Position numbers and translations under genes: made by a program
Part shown: in pieces, positions 8,884 through 18,578 of the stretch
Position numbering within the stretch: position 1 is the stretch's first letter
Layout of the letters: the number at the start of each line of letters is the position of its first letter
The notes under the pieces: model-generated
What the model was told of the DNA's origin: nothing
Seen by the model: only the letters and a program-made list of their open reading frames with translations
Databases searched by the model: none
Assembly (NCBI GenBank): GCA_026014495.1
Contig: JAOZIF010000051.1
Coordinates: forward strand, 1-28,021
DNA: 28,021 bases
Source of the DNA: Candidatus Bathyarchaeum sp.
Lineage (GTDB): Archaea > Thermoproteota > Bathyarchaeia > Bathyarchaeales > Bathyarchaeaceae
Reading direction: 5' to 3'

Positions 8884-9947
8884 ATTTCAACCTCCGAATA
8901 GTCACCAACATGAAGTTTCAAGCAGCCACTCCGATGATTTTTTGTCACTTGCGCATTTTTTCCAATCAAGCTTTCTTCCAACCTATCGACGCCAATTATC
9001 TGTGCATTATCTAATATTATACTGTATTCTATAGTGCTGCCGATAATTTTTGCGCCGTTACCTACACTTGTGTATGGACAAATAACAGAGTTTTCTATAA
9101 CGCAATTTTCTCCAATTACGCATGGTCCTCTAATAGTGGAGTTAGATACTTTCGCGTTTTTTTGAAGCGTGACTCTTCCTTCAATCTTGCTCTCCTGAAC
9201 TTTTCCCTGAATGTCTCGTTTTGTGTACTCATCTAGAGCTTTTGCATTAGCTGCTAGAATGTCATCTTTTTTTCCAGTATCCAGCCACCAAGTGCTTAGA
9301 ACTTCCGCTTTCACTTTGAACCCCATAGTTATCATCTCTTGTATTGCGTCGGTAATTTCGAGTTCGCCTCTCCATGAAGGCTTGATTTGCTCGATAGCTT
9401 TGAAAATTTTGTTAGAAAAAATGTAAGTTCCGACTATCGCAAGATTTGATTTAGGTTCTTTGGGTTTTTCAACTAATTGTATGATGTTTGCTTGTTCGTC
9501 CAGTGTTGCTACGCCAAACTTTGTAGGGTCATCTACGGGCTTTAGGAGAATCAGAGCATCCATGTTTTCTTTTTGAAACTTTTGCACATATGTCGTTAAC
9601 CCTTGTCCTTGAAGGTTATCACCAAGACACATGATGAAAGCATCTTCGCCAAGAAAAGGTTTCGCTGTTTTGACAGCATGAGCTAAACCTAAAGGCTCTT
9701 GAGTAATGTAAGCTATTGAAGTTTTCCATTGTTTTCCGTCCTTTACGTAGTCTTTTACGTATTGTCCAGTTTCTGGAGCAATTATCACTCCAATCTGCTT
9801 GATTCCTGTCTCGGCTACTTGATCAAGAACATAACCAAGAACAGGCTTGTTAGCCAAAGGAATCAACTGCTTAGCTAAAGTAAAAGTCAACGGACGAAGC
9901 CTAGTCCCTCTGCCACCACTCAACACCAAAGCCTTCAAGATAGGCAC
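8880..9947 (-). CDS. rfbA: Glucose-1-phosphate thymidylyltransferase, long form with C-terminal beta-helix
   Basis: GGRGTRLRPLT, AKQLIP, QEPLGLAHAV, LGDN, VEKP, RGELEITDA, WLDTG, hexapeptide-repeat tail. Start GTG 9947 or TTG 9938. Confidence 0.95.
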   Translation of the reverse strand: MPILKALVLSGGRGTRLRPLTFTLAKQLIPLANKPVLGYVLDQVAETGIKQIGVIIAPETGQYVKDYVKDGKQWKTSIAYITQEPLGLAHAVKTAKPFLGEDAFIMCLGDNLQGQGLTTYVQKFQKENMDALILLKPVDDPTKFGVATLDEQANIIQLVEKPKEPKSNLAIVGTYIFSNKIFKAIEQIKPSWRGELEITDAIQEMITMGFKVKAEVLSTWWLDTGKKDDILAANAKALDEYTKRDIQGKVQESKIEGRVTLQKNAKVSNSTIRGPCVIGENCVIENSVICPYTSVGNGAKIIGSTIEYSIILDNAQIIGVDRLEESLIGKNAQVTKNHRSGCLKLHVGDYSEVEI

Positions 9948-9979
9948 ACCAATAACTAGGTTATTTCTCAGAGCATAGC

Positions 9980-9992
9980 ATTAAAGTTTTGT
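9980..9992 (-). promoter_or_regulatory. Putative BRE/TATA box for the rfbA-rfbC unit
   Basis: Minus strand reads ACAAAACTTTAAT (A-rich BRE-like run followed by TTTAAT) about 35-45 nt upstream of the rfbA start; motif match only. Confidence 0.4.
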
Positions 9993-10033
9993 CAAATTAA
10001 ATTCATATTTGTGTGAAATTGATTTTCCATTAT

Positions 10034-10066
10034 TTTTGTGAAAAGTTATTTTGTGTTTCACAAAAT
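10034..10066. repeat. Nested inverted repeats upstream of rfbA
   Basis: TTTTGTGAAA (10034-10043) and TTTCACAAAA (10056-10065) are perfect reverse complements; ATTTTGTG-ttt-CACAAAAT (10048-10066) is a second palindrome sharing the right arm. Confidence 0.7.
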
Positions 10067-10317
10067 TGTCTGGGACACATAAAAGTTTGATTTTGTTTTT
10101 GAAGATTTAGTTTTGTGATTAGAATTGATGGTCATAAGCTGTAACTGTTGCATGGTGTGTGTAGTTGTTTTAGTAGAGGGATTAATCGTGTGCTTCTTGC
10201 ATGACGTATGTATTTGATTTAAAGAGCAAACTAAGATGTGAACTTTTTGTTGTCAAGAGCCCCAAGATACTCAAACAACATAAACGGTCAACGCAACAAC
10301 AATATAAGGCCTAAATC

Positions 10318-11277
10318 TCAAAGATTTAGAGTTTCAAATATTTTTGTTATATCTTCGCTACTAGGAAAAGATCGCGAACCCAAGTTAGTTACACTAAAAG
10401 AAGCAAACAGATTAGCCAATTTGGCAGTTGCCTCAAGTGAAAAAAATTTTATTAACCCATAGATAAAGGCAGATAGAAAGGCGTCTCCAGCTCCAGTTGT
10501 GTCAATACAAAATACTTTATCAGTTGGAAATACAAACCGTTTACCTGCTGTAATTACAGCACAACCGTTTTTACCCATTTTTAATGCCGTGAGAGGGAAT
10601 GATTGTTCAAAATAAGAAAGCACATCTTCAAAATTTTCTGTTCCACTAATAGTAGTTGCCTCTTTCCAATTAGGAGTTATTATGTCACAGTTATCAATAA
10701 CTCGTTTGAAAATTGGGTTTAGTTGCTTTATTAAATTATATGATCCAGGATCAAAAATTATTGTAACACCATTGGCTTTGGCAATATCTATTGCAGTCAT
10801 AATTGCTTCTCTCTGTGGAGGAGCAACCAGAGAAAAACCAGAAATTAAAAGATATTTAGATTTTTTTATAGTATCTTTATGGGAAGTTACTTCGGTAGGG
10901 GTTAGAAAATCATTTGCACCACGAGAAACAAGAAATGAGCGTTCACCGTTATCGTCCACAAAAGATAGCGTTATTCCTGTAGGATTAACAGAGTCAAAAA
11001 TTATCTGGGCATAAACTCCTTCGGTCATTAAATTTTTTTTGTACAACATGCCAAGCATGTCTTTTCCAGCTTTTCCAATGAATTGCACGTTTCCGCCCAA
11101 ACGAGTTAAACCAACTGCAACATTTCCGGAACCTCCAAAATCCAGTTTAATCGGAGGAAGGTAAGACACCCCACCAATAACTGAACTAACTGTAGAGAAG
11201 TCTTTTTTTATTATTAAATCACAAAATACGTCTCCAATGATTGTACAATCTACAGAATAGTTTCTCATTTCTCTCAT
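10318..11277 (-). CDS. PfkB/ribokinase-family carbohydrate kinase
   Basis: GGSGNVAVGLTRLG, IGKAGKD, TGIT, PNWKEA, KMGKNG, DTTGAGDAF anion-hole motif; ATGA overlap with the upstream gene. Confidence 0.93.
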   Translation of the reverse strand: MREMRNYSVDCTIIGDVFCDLIIKKDFSTVSSVIGGVSYLPPIKLDFGGSGNVAVGLTRLGGNVQFIGKAGKDMLGMLYKKNLMTEGVYAQIIFDSVNPTGITLSFVDDNGERSFLVSRGANDFLTPTEVTSHKDTIKKSKYLLISGFSLVAPPQREAIMTAIDIAKANGVTIIFDPGSYNLIKQLNPIFKRVIDNCDIITPNWKEATTISGTENFEDVLSYFEQSFPLTALKMGKNGCAVITAGKRFVFPTDKVFCIDTTGAGDAFLSAFIYGLIKFFSLEATAKLANLFASFSVTNLGSRSFPSSEDITKIFETLNL

Positions 11278-12416
11278 GAAATAATCAAAAGTTTTAGTTT
11301 TTGATAAATATCAGTAATCTTCATCGTGTTACTCAGTTTCAAGTCTTTGTTTCCACAATACATGAATACACCTCTGGTTGAAGGGTGCTCGGGAGTATAT
11401 CCGTGCAAACCCTTTGGGTCAGTACCGATAAAAGGAAATCGAATGGGGCGCATAAAACTAGGAAAGAACTCAACACCGGGGTCTGCCACAAAAATTAGAT
11501 CACCATATCGATTATCTGTGAATCTTAACCCATAAGATTCAATTTCCGCGTTATTCAATATATGGCCATAAGTGCACTGCTCTAAAATTTGGATTATCTG
11601 CGCTTTCGCATTAACATTAAAGAACCAAAATCGTGCAATAGTACTATCTACGAAAACAAGATAGTCTTTTTTGATCGTAAAGTTATCCAATTTTTCAAGT
11701 AAATTATATTGCTTAGTAACGTTGGTCATTCCATGATCAGAAAAAATCACTAAATCTACATCTGAGGTTTTAGATAACATTCTATAAGAGGTCAAGATTA
11801 AGTGTTCAATATCTTGCAGTTGGTCTTTGAAAAATCGAGGCTTTGGACCATATAAATGGCCACAAGCATCCAGAGTTGCAATATAACGGATAAAAACATT
11901 TGAAGAAATCCTTGATTGTGAAGACGAAGGAAATAAAAATTGAGGAACTGCGTAAGCGTGAAAATCAAAATCATATGATATGTTCTTTTTTTTCATAAAT
12001 TTATCAAAGCTGTCACAAGATAGTTTTACAGGGGGAAAGATCCAGTAATTTATATTATTTCTACAGAACAGATGTTCTATAGATTCAGGGATACCTAGAA
12101 GGGTTTGATCATAGTTATGTGTCTTTTGAAATAAGCGTAGAAAAAAATATTTTATACCATTTCTGAGATAATAATCTGGGATTTTCCCAATCATTTTCAG
12201 TGATGTGTAAGGTTTTCTTTTATGATGATAAAATTCTGTCCATACACCAGTTTCTTCAGGATAACGTCCACTCCATATTGAAGGCATTATTGAAGAGCTA
12301 TATCCTAAAAGAGTTTCAAGTGGAGAAACATCAAAATTGAGGTCAGATAGAAAATTAGTTTTCTCTAAGTAATCATATGCAAAAGCATCAATAAAGAATA
12401 TCAACAATTTGTTCAA
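11274..12416 (-). CDS. Alkaline-phosphatase superfamily protein (nucleotide pyrophosphatase/phosphodiesterase fold)
   Basis: Metal-ligand pattern FIDAF, LGYSSSIMPSIWSG (putative Ser nucleophile), LDACGH, FSDHGM, GLHGY; no signal peptide or TM segment evident. Confidence 0.85.
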   Translation of the reverse strand: MNKLLIFFIDAFAYDYLEKTNFLSDLNFDVSPLETLLGYSSSIMPSIWSGRYPEETGVWTEFYHHKRKPYTSLKMIGKIPDYYLRNGIKYFFLRLFQKTHNYDQTLLGIPESIEHLFCRNNINYWIFPPVKLSCDSFDKFMKKKNISYDFDFHAYAVPQFLFPSSSQSRISSNVFIRYIATLDACGHLYGPKPRFFKDQLQDIEHLILTSYRMLSKTSDVDLVIFSDHGMTNVTKQYNLLEKLDNFTIKKDYLVFVDSTIARFWFFNVNAKAQIIQILEQCTYGHILNNAEIESYGLRFTDNRYGDLIFVADPGVEFFPSFMRPIRFPFIGTDPKGLHGYTPEHPSTRGVFMYCGNKDLKLSNTMKITDIYQKLKLLIIS

Positions 12417-12436
12417 TTGTAATCAGACCAGTCGAT

Positions 12437-14740
12437 TCATGTAAAAGAGAAAAATTTCAGGTGTGAAATCTCAAGGTTTGTTCCACTTTCTCTGATGTAA
12501 AAGTAAAATGATGATATTGTTGCACCATTAGTCAGTGTTAACATATTAAAGTAGAGTTTCCCAATTGCTGTACCGTCATAGATAACTATTTTTTCACCAT
12601 CAGTAGTCTCGACGAATAATTGATATGAACCGTTAACAAAGTCAACCGTATCGACTTCTAGCAACGGATACTTAGTCGTGTCTAAAGTCCAATTTTTATC
12701 AGACAAAATAGATAACGTACCAGATGCACTACCATCATTGACAGTTATAATTATTGAAGAGTCAGAATCAGTTAGTGCTATTGAACAACGCCAAGTCACC
12801 CAAACATCAGAAGCGAGGTGATTGGCGTCCCATACAACATTAGTTGACGAAAAATGATTAGGGGCCTCAAAAATCAAGGTTCCAGAATCATATATCAATT
12901 CTGCACGTATAAGGGTCATGAGTTCAATTACTGATGTCTTTAAGCCGCTGTCAATGTTGTCTGATAGCATCAAATACTTTGGTTGTTCATCACCCAAAAA
13001 AGAGGAAATAACAGACGATTCATTTGTTAACAAAATTAGATATGGGGGGTCTTTCATAGACAAGGTATAAGTTTGAGACCCATTTTTTGTAAACACGTAT
13101 CTGCTATGATACACGGTACTTAAAAGATACTCGTAATTTTGGAACTCAGCTTGTACTTTCTCGTTACCGACTAGAGCAATTGAAAAATTATTATCAACTA
13201 AATTCACAGAAGAGTATTTTTGTGACCATTGGATCGCCAAAAAATCTGAGTCAGAAACTGCAGAAGATGAAATATAATCAGGAAAAACGTTGGTGACCAA
13301 GTTAAAAGATAAAAAGAAAACTAAAAACAAAGAAGCAAAGTGACCCCAATGGACTAGTTTAACTTTTTTAAACACAGCAGGCACAGTAAAGTTTGCTAAA
13401 AGTTTCCCTAAATATTGTCCAAAAAAGAGTAAACCACAAGAAGCTACGAGAACTGTAAGCAATTCAAGGAACGATTTCATCCGAAAGAGCACAAATGGAA
13501 GTTCAGGCACAAACAAGAGAAGACCATAAGGTAATACATAAAATAGGACCAACAAGGCAATCCACATCACAATTAGTGTAAAATGTTCAAATTCTTTGTA
13601 TTTTTTCGTGAGAACACTACCAATTACGTAAAACAAACCAAGCACTAAAAATATTGATTTGTAATTTGTCGAAAAATCATGTTGAAAATCAAAGTCAGAT
13701 AAAGAGTAGCCATCACCAAACATAACATTAACAAAAGGATCCCAATTAAGCAAGAACATAAAGCCAATAATTGCACAAAACAGAACACCAAATATAACAA
13801 TAGTTTTCAAAAGCCCTTTTTTGTAGATTAAGACAAGAAGTAACAAAAGCAACAGGGGTACAAGTGAGAGGAGATGAAGAGCAAAAGTTATCCAAATATT
13901 CATAAACAACATCAGAAAGAATGCTCTTGAACTCATTTTTTTATGAAAGGTCAAAATGAAGAAAGAGAAAACAAAAAAACACAAACCGATACTTTCAGCT
14001 CGAGTTATAGATGTTCTCAGAAAAAGCCATTCAAAAAAGTAAGATCCACTTAACAAAAGTCCAGCCAAAAATGCACAAAATACACTCTTAGTGAGACGTT
14101 TAACAGCAAGGTATGAAACAAGAATAAGTAGCACACCAAAAAACGGTGTAAAATATTTGAATACAAAAATAGGAGATATTTCACCAGTAATAGAAAAAAA
14201 CGAGAGCAAAAGATCGAATCCATGTAAAGAAGGAGTTAGGTCCCAAGCGTAAACTTGAGGGGTATGACCATGTTGGACAATGAAGTCAATTAGATAAGTT
14301 AGATAGTAGGAGTCCCGATAGGGTAATGCCCATGTAAAAATGGCATCATAAAGTCGATTGGCCAGTCCGAGTAAAACAGGAAACAATAATACCAAATCTT
14401 GTTTATTCAAAAGAATAATAAATGATTGGTTTTTGTTTGATTTGGCACGTTTATAGAGTAGTAGAGAAGCACTTGTTATTAAAAGTACATATGATAAGAA
14501 AATTGTGAAAACGTTAACGCCTAATGGGATAAAATTCCAAAAAACTAAAACGGTCACGTATTGGAATAGACTAAGCGTTATGCTGATTGCAAGATATTCT
14601 GTTATCTGAAGGTTACACTTCCAAGAAATATATAGAGATAACAATAACCCAGGCAATAAAAATAAGATTACGGTTGCAAATATTTTAAACGAAACAAAAT
14701 TAACTAAGAGCATAACCATGCTTATCGCTGAAATCAGCAA
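12437..14740 (-). CDS. Polytopic membrane protein, GT-C-fold-like, with a C-terminal soluble beta-rich domain
   Basis: About a dozen hydrophobic segments, loop motif PYRDSYYL after the N-terminal TMs, SDSDFLAIQW at the start of the soluble domain, five N-x-S/T sequons in that domain. Fold assignment is inferred; start uncertain. Confidence 0.6.
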   Translation of the reverse strand: MLISAISMVMLLVNFVSFKIFATVILFLLPGLLLSLYISWKCNLQITEYLAISITLSLFQYVTVLVFWNFIPLGVNVFTIFLSYVLLITSASLLLYKRAKSNKNQSFIILLNKQDLVLLFPVLLGLANRLYDAIFTWALPYRDSYYLTYLIDFIVQHGHTPQVYAWDLTPSLHGFDLLLSFFSITGEISPIFVFKYFTPFFGVLLILVSYLAVKRLTKSVFCAFLAGLLLSGSYFFEWLFLRTSITRAESIGLCFFVFSFFILTFHKKMSSRAFFLMLFMNIWITFALHLLSLVPLLLLLLLVLIYKKGLLKTIVIFGVLFCAIIGFMFLLNWDPFVNVMFGDGYSLSDFDFQHDFSTNYKSIFLVLGLFYVIGSVLTKKYKEFEHFTLIVMWIALLVLFYVLPYGLLLFVPELPFVLFRMKSFLELLTVLVASCGLLFFGQYLGKLLANFTVPAVFKKVKLVHWGHFASLFLVFFLSFNLVTNVFPDYISSSAVSDSDFLAIQWSQKYSSVNLVDNNFSIALVGNEKVQAEFQNYEYLLSTVYHSRYVFTKNGSQTYTLSMKDPPYLILLTNESSVISSFLGDEQPKYLMLSDNIDSGLKTSVIELMTLIRAELIYDSGTLIFEAPNHFSSTNVVWDANHLASDVWVTWRCSIALTDSDSSIIITVNDGSASGTLSILSDKNWTLDTTKYPLLEVDTVDFVNGSYQLFVETTDGEKIVIYDGTAIGKLYFNMLTLTNGATISSFYFYIRESGTNLEISHLKFFSFT

Positions 14741-14803
14741 TGAATAACAAATTGCAGTAATTGGACTAAAAGATAACTGGGCGATAGCTCAAACCATCCT
14801 ATT

Positions 14804-16012
14804 TTATGGAATGAAAACTTTTACGTTTTTGGTGTATACAGCATGTTCTGTTTCCAAGTAGCCACCAGCAACTAGTTCCCAAGTCTTTAAAGTATTTCTT
14901 AAAGATTTGGTAATATTATCAGTTTTGCCAGAATTCGTGTTCAGAGATTTTATGATGTTTTCAATATGAAAGAACATCTCTGAAAGAGGAATGTAAATTG
15001 AAAGTGGTCCTTGAACCAGTAAAATATAGGACAATTTAGCAAGCCAAGATGGTTTAATTGAATGGTACTGTATGGACAACATAGACAATTGAGCTAATCT
15101 TAAAACAAAACTAGACTTGTGATTCAAACAATATTCTTTAAGCAAAAAATTAACATCTGACTTCTTGTTATCATCTAAAGTAGTTCGTGATAGAGCTAAT
15201 TCTAAAACGGCCTGAAGCAAAAAGTTCCAATGATTCAAAAGAGAATACAATCTTTCGATAGAAACTTTGCTTTGTTTGATTTGAGAATCATAATAAAATA
15301 ATTGCTTGTACTCAGAACATATTTTTTTGAAGAAATCTTTCTTAAAACTTACACGTGAAATTAGTAAATCAAGTTCGTCTACAGGTGTACCTCTATAAAT
15401 TAACGTTTTATTACATAATAATGAAGCCTGAATAAGAACAAAATATCCTTTTTCTATAATTTTTGGCAAATTCCTAAAAGAGGATTGTGAAAACTCTCGT
15501 GCACCTAATTGGTCTAGAGAAAGAGAATCCAACAGTTCTGCCATCCGATTTAGTAACAACAAAACAATGTCATCATATGGTATCTCTGCCACAGAAAATG
15601 AAGGGAGAACTACAAGAACATCTTTCCCAGCTAATACTTTTCCATTCAGTCGTAAATCCATAAAACGAATTGATGGCTTTGAAAGCTGTAGCATAGTGAA
15701 AGTTGTTATAAAAATGGAGACATGCGAAGACAACCCTCTTTGCTGAAGATTAACCATGATAGACTTCTCTAACGCCTTGACCCGCCATAATGATTTAACA
15801 TAAGACTTTGTAGGTACAATAACAACGAGGTCATAATCACTTTCCACAGTAGGTTTACCATTAACCATCCGACAAATACCGCGACCTCTTGCCCAGCTGC
15901 CTAACATTACAATAGATACTACGTTGGTTTTTCCTAAGGTTTTAAGAATCGAGTCTACTGTGAAATCCAAGTGTTGTTGTACAATAGGGTTAAACACGAA
16001 ATTACACACCAC
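14804..16012 (-). CDS. Pol-beta-like nucleotidyltransferase-fold protein with a helical C-terminal region
   Basis: hhhhGSWARG...SDYDLVVI motif near the N-terminus; GTG start overlaps the upstream TAG by one base. Confidence 0.75.
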   Translation of the reverse strand: MVCNFVFNPIVQQHLDFTVDSILKTLGKTNVVSIVMLGSWARGRGICRMVNGKPTVESDYDLVVIVPTKSYVKSLWRVKALEKSIMVNLQQRGLSSHVSIFITTFTMLQLSKPSIRFMDLRLNGKVLAGKDVLVVLPSFSVAEIPYDDIVLLLLNRMAELLDSLSLDQLGAREFSQSSFRNLPKIIEKGYFVLIQASLLCNKTLIYRGTPVDELDLLISRVSFKKDFFKKICSEYKQLFYYDSQIKQSKVSIERLYSLLNHWNFLLQAVLELALSRTTLDDNKKSDVNFLLKEYCLNHKSSFVLRLAQLSMLSIQYHSIKPSWLAKLSYILLVQGPLSIYIPLSEMFFHIENIIKSLNTNSGKTDNITKSLRNTLKTWELVAGGYLETEHAVYTKNVKVFIP

Positions 16013-17265
16013 TACGCAAATTCAGAATACAAACTAAGGAGTTTAGACAGTTGAGAATTGATATCAAAAGACTTGACTGCTAAGTAACTGTTTTCCCCGA
16101 AACGGCTACAAAGTTCATCATTAGTTACTAACTTAGAAACAGATTCTGCAAGAGCAGCAGTATCTCCTGCTGGAAAAAGAAAACCATTAAACCCATGGTT
16201 AACCATCTCTGGAATTCCACCGATATTTGATGCAATAACAGGCAATTTGAATGCCATTGCTTCTAGCACAACGGTTGGACAGGGATCGGGCCATAGTGAA
16301 GGACAGACAAACAACTTAGCTTTTCTATACTCGTTAAACAAAGTTTCCTTATTAACAGTTCCCAAAAAACAGATAGAATGAAAAAGCCCATTTTTTTTGA
16401 CTTTCTTTCTTAAAGTAGAGAGTAACGGTCCTGAACCAATTACTCTAAATTTTAGGTCTGGTATTTCTTTAGTTAACTGTGTCATTGCTTCAACTGCCAA
16501 ATGAGTTCCCTTCAGTTTTGAGACTTGCCCAACGTATAATACAGTTTTTTCTCGATTTGCAGGTATATTCTTGAGGTAGGGTTCCAATTTCTGCAAGTTT
16601 ATCCAGTTATGAATAACTTCTATCTTTTTGCCAGGTATCCCACCTTTTACAAGCATAGTTTTGACAAAATGGCTTACAGCTATGAATTTATCGAAATTTT
16701 CGATAAGAACAGTATTTGCGGAAGAAACTAATTTGGAAATGGTGCTCAATTGACCAATATCCATAGATAAGCAGGTACTACATTTTGTAGTTAAATTACA
16801 TACACTTTCATCTGAAAGTAACAGACTTCTTTGGAAACATATTGGCCAATAATCGTGAACTGAGAGTAACAGAGGAAAATTGGAGCATTTTTTGTGGGCA
16901 GCGATACTCAAACCAATAGGACCATGTGCATGTATAATTGACTTGTTAAAGAGACTTCTTTTAAGAATGGGGATGAGTGCAAGAAATGGATCAAAGAGCG
17001 GCAAATAGTAACCTTTCATATACCAGTGATACTGTCCGAATAGTGAAGGAAATCCTGAAACGTGCAAATTGTCTTTTGTTTTGTTCAATTGCGGTACATT
17101 ACGGGTTAATATACTAACAGGGATATTTCTTTGTTTTAACTTTCGAGCTAAGTTGTATACATGTATCTCTGCGCCTAAAGACATTGGAAAGAAATAGTCA
17201 GGAACTAAAGTAATATTCAATTTGTTAACAGTTGAAGTTCTATTATTTTGCAGATTAACGTTCAA
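16012..17265 (-). CDS. Glycosyltransferase family 4 (GT-B)
   Basis: GAEIHV, IHAHG, HDYWPIC, AVSHFV, VIHNW, YVGQVSKLKG, PSLWPDPCPTVVLEAM, GGIPEMV. Start may be the TTG at 17220. Confidence 0.92.
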   Translation of the reverse strand: MNVNLQNNRTSTVNKLNITLVPDYFFPMSLGAEIHVYNLARKLKQRNIPVSILTRNVPQLNKTKDNLHVSGFPSLFGQYHWYMKGYYLPLFDPFLALIPILKRSLFNKSIIHAHGPIGLSIAAHKKCSNFPLLLSVHDYWPICFQRSLLLSDESVCNLTTKCSTCLSMDIGQLSTISKLVSSANTVLIENFDKFIAVSHFVKTMLVKGGIPGKKIEVIHNWINLQKLEPYLKNIPANREKTVLYVGQVSKLKGTHLAVEAMTQLTKEIPDLKFRVIGSGPLLSTLRKKVKKNGLFHSICFLGTVNKETLFNEYRKAKLFVCPSLWPDPCPTVVLEAMAFKLPVIASNIGGIPEMVNHGFNGFLFPAGDTAALAESVSKLVTNDELCSRFGENSYLAVKSFDINSQLSKLLSLYSEFA

Positions 17266-17281
17266 GCAGTATTCAACTCAT

Positions 17282-18304
17282 CTAGATTTGGTTCAGAACA
17301 CTGCTGTACACTTTACTATGCTTTTTCATACTCTCAGACCAAGAAAAATCTCTACTTTTAGCAAGAGCAAGGTTTCTCATTTCATTTCTAACGCTATGTA
17401 TTTCAAGATTAAAAAGACCAGCTCTGACACTTTCAATGTCCCCAATCTGAACTATATGACCAGCATTTCCTACTATTTGCTCCAAGTCACCAGTCGTATA
17501 TGCGATAACAGGGAGCCCACAAGACATCGCTTCTAATATGGTTAATCCAAAACCTTCTAATGTTGAAGTATGAACATACACATCAGCAGCATTATAGAGA
17601 CCAGCCAAAAAGATATCAGAAACATTCTTAAAATGCAACATTTTCACGCCCATTTTTGATGCAGTGTCTTTTATACGGTATTCTTCAGGTCCGTTTCCCA
17701 CTAGAATCAAAACCACATTAGAAAAGCCACTAAGAGCACGTATTAGGTCTACTTGGCGCTTATGTTTCACAAATCTGCCAACATTAATTACAACAAGCTC
17801 TTTTGTCAAACCAAGTTTTGACCGCATCATTTTCCGAATTAACTTATCTTCTTTGAAGATTTCGTCTACTCCATGATAAATTACTGAAATCTTTTCGGGC
17901 GGAAAACCATATCCCAATAAAACATCTTTAGAAGCATACGAAGGAACAATAATATGCTTTACTTTGCGGCACTCCATGTTTTCTAAGATATTAAAAAAAC
18001 GGTGCCCAAACTCAGGAACCTGAGCATAATCATGATGATATGTTTCGAGCAAAGCGGGATGAGAAACAAAAAGACCTGCTCCTTCATTGGAATGTACTAT
18101 ATCATAATGTTGTAGTTTACTAAAAAGATGCTTAAATGCAAGAAGAAATGGCCCTATCTTAGGTACATGTAAATTTGTCGTAAAGATATCTACATCATGA
18201 TTCATTTTACGTAATTCGTAAGCCAAATGCCAGCCATATTTACCAGTACTATAATCATTTCGCCCGAATGTGTAAGATAGAAAAGCTATTTTCAAAGATT
18301 CCAA
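17282..18304 (-). CDS. Glycosyltransferase family 4 (GT-B)
   Basis: IVHSNE, VIYHGVD, VGRFVKHKRQ, TSTLEGFGLTILEAMSCGLPVI (Ex7E). Confidence 0.93.
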   Translation of the reverse strand: MESLKIAFLSYTFGRNDYSTGKYGWHLAYELRKMNHDVDIFTTNLHVPKIGPFLLAFKHLFSKLQHYDIVHSNEGAGLFVSHPALLETYHHDYAQVPEFGHRFFNILENMECRKVKHIIVPSYASKDVLLGYGFPPEKISVIYHGVDEIFKEDKLIRKMMRSKLGLTKELVVINVGRFVKHKRQVDLIRALSGFSNVVLILVGNGPEEYRIKDTASKMGVKMLHFKNVSDIFLAGLYNAADVYVHTSTLEGFGLTILEAMSCGLPVIAYTTGDLEQIVGNAGHIVQIGDIESVRAGLFNLEIHSVRNEMRNLALAKSRDFSWSESMKKHSKVYSSVLNQI

Positions 18305-18377
18305 ATCTGTTGATCACCGATAAGCTATATTTGTGTCTCTTTCCAAAGAAAAAATCGTTAATAGAAGGCTAAACTTG

Positions 18378-18578
18378 TCATTTAATTACGAAGACCATTG
18401 TCTCAAGAATTCGGTTGCCAAGTTTTTCTGACGTCAACTGTTCTGAAACATATTCTCTGAAGTTCAACGCCAACATCATAAAAACTTCTATAAATTAAAA
18501 CCTGTACATTAACAAATCTACTCAGATTACAAGAAACTCTAAAAAAGTGATTTTCGACGATTATATGTAAAGATTCAA
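18378..18578 (-). pseudogene. Probable internally deleted glycosyltransferase (GT-B) relic
   Basis: TTG overlapping the upstream TGA, then LHIIVENHFFRV...LSRFVNVQVL (resembles a GT N-terminal strand-helix); in another frame, LALNFREYVSEQLTSEKLGNRILE (18378..18479) resembles the GT4 C-terminal helices. Pattern recognition only. Confidence 0.4.

Noticed and set aside
10271-10321. TTGA-coupled mini-ORF MRFRPYIVVALTVYVV after pfkB, faintly like a GT2 N-terminus
   Set aside because: Only 16 codons; no further matching blocks seen downstream.
8297-11993. T8 tracts (8297-8304, 11033-11040, 11986-11993) as phase-variation sites
   Set aside because: Eight-base A/T runs are expected at this AT content, and the genes containing them are in frame.
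14741-14791. Possible 5' extension of the 767-aa gene (MSYRPVIFSPITAICYS) if one T were removed from a T4 run
   Set aside because: Needs an assumed indel; usable in-frame TTG/ATG starts exist and no homolog evidence is at hand.
14804-16012. NTase as a CBASS CD-NTase or MNT antitoxin
   Set aside because: No Cap effectors or HEPN toxin nearby, 402 aa is too long for an MNT, and it is translationally coupled to a GT4.
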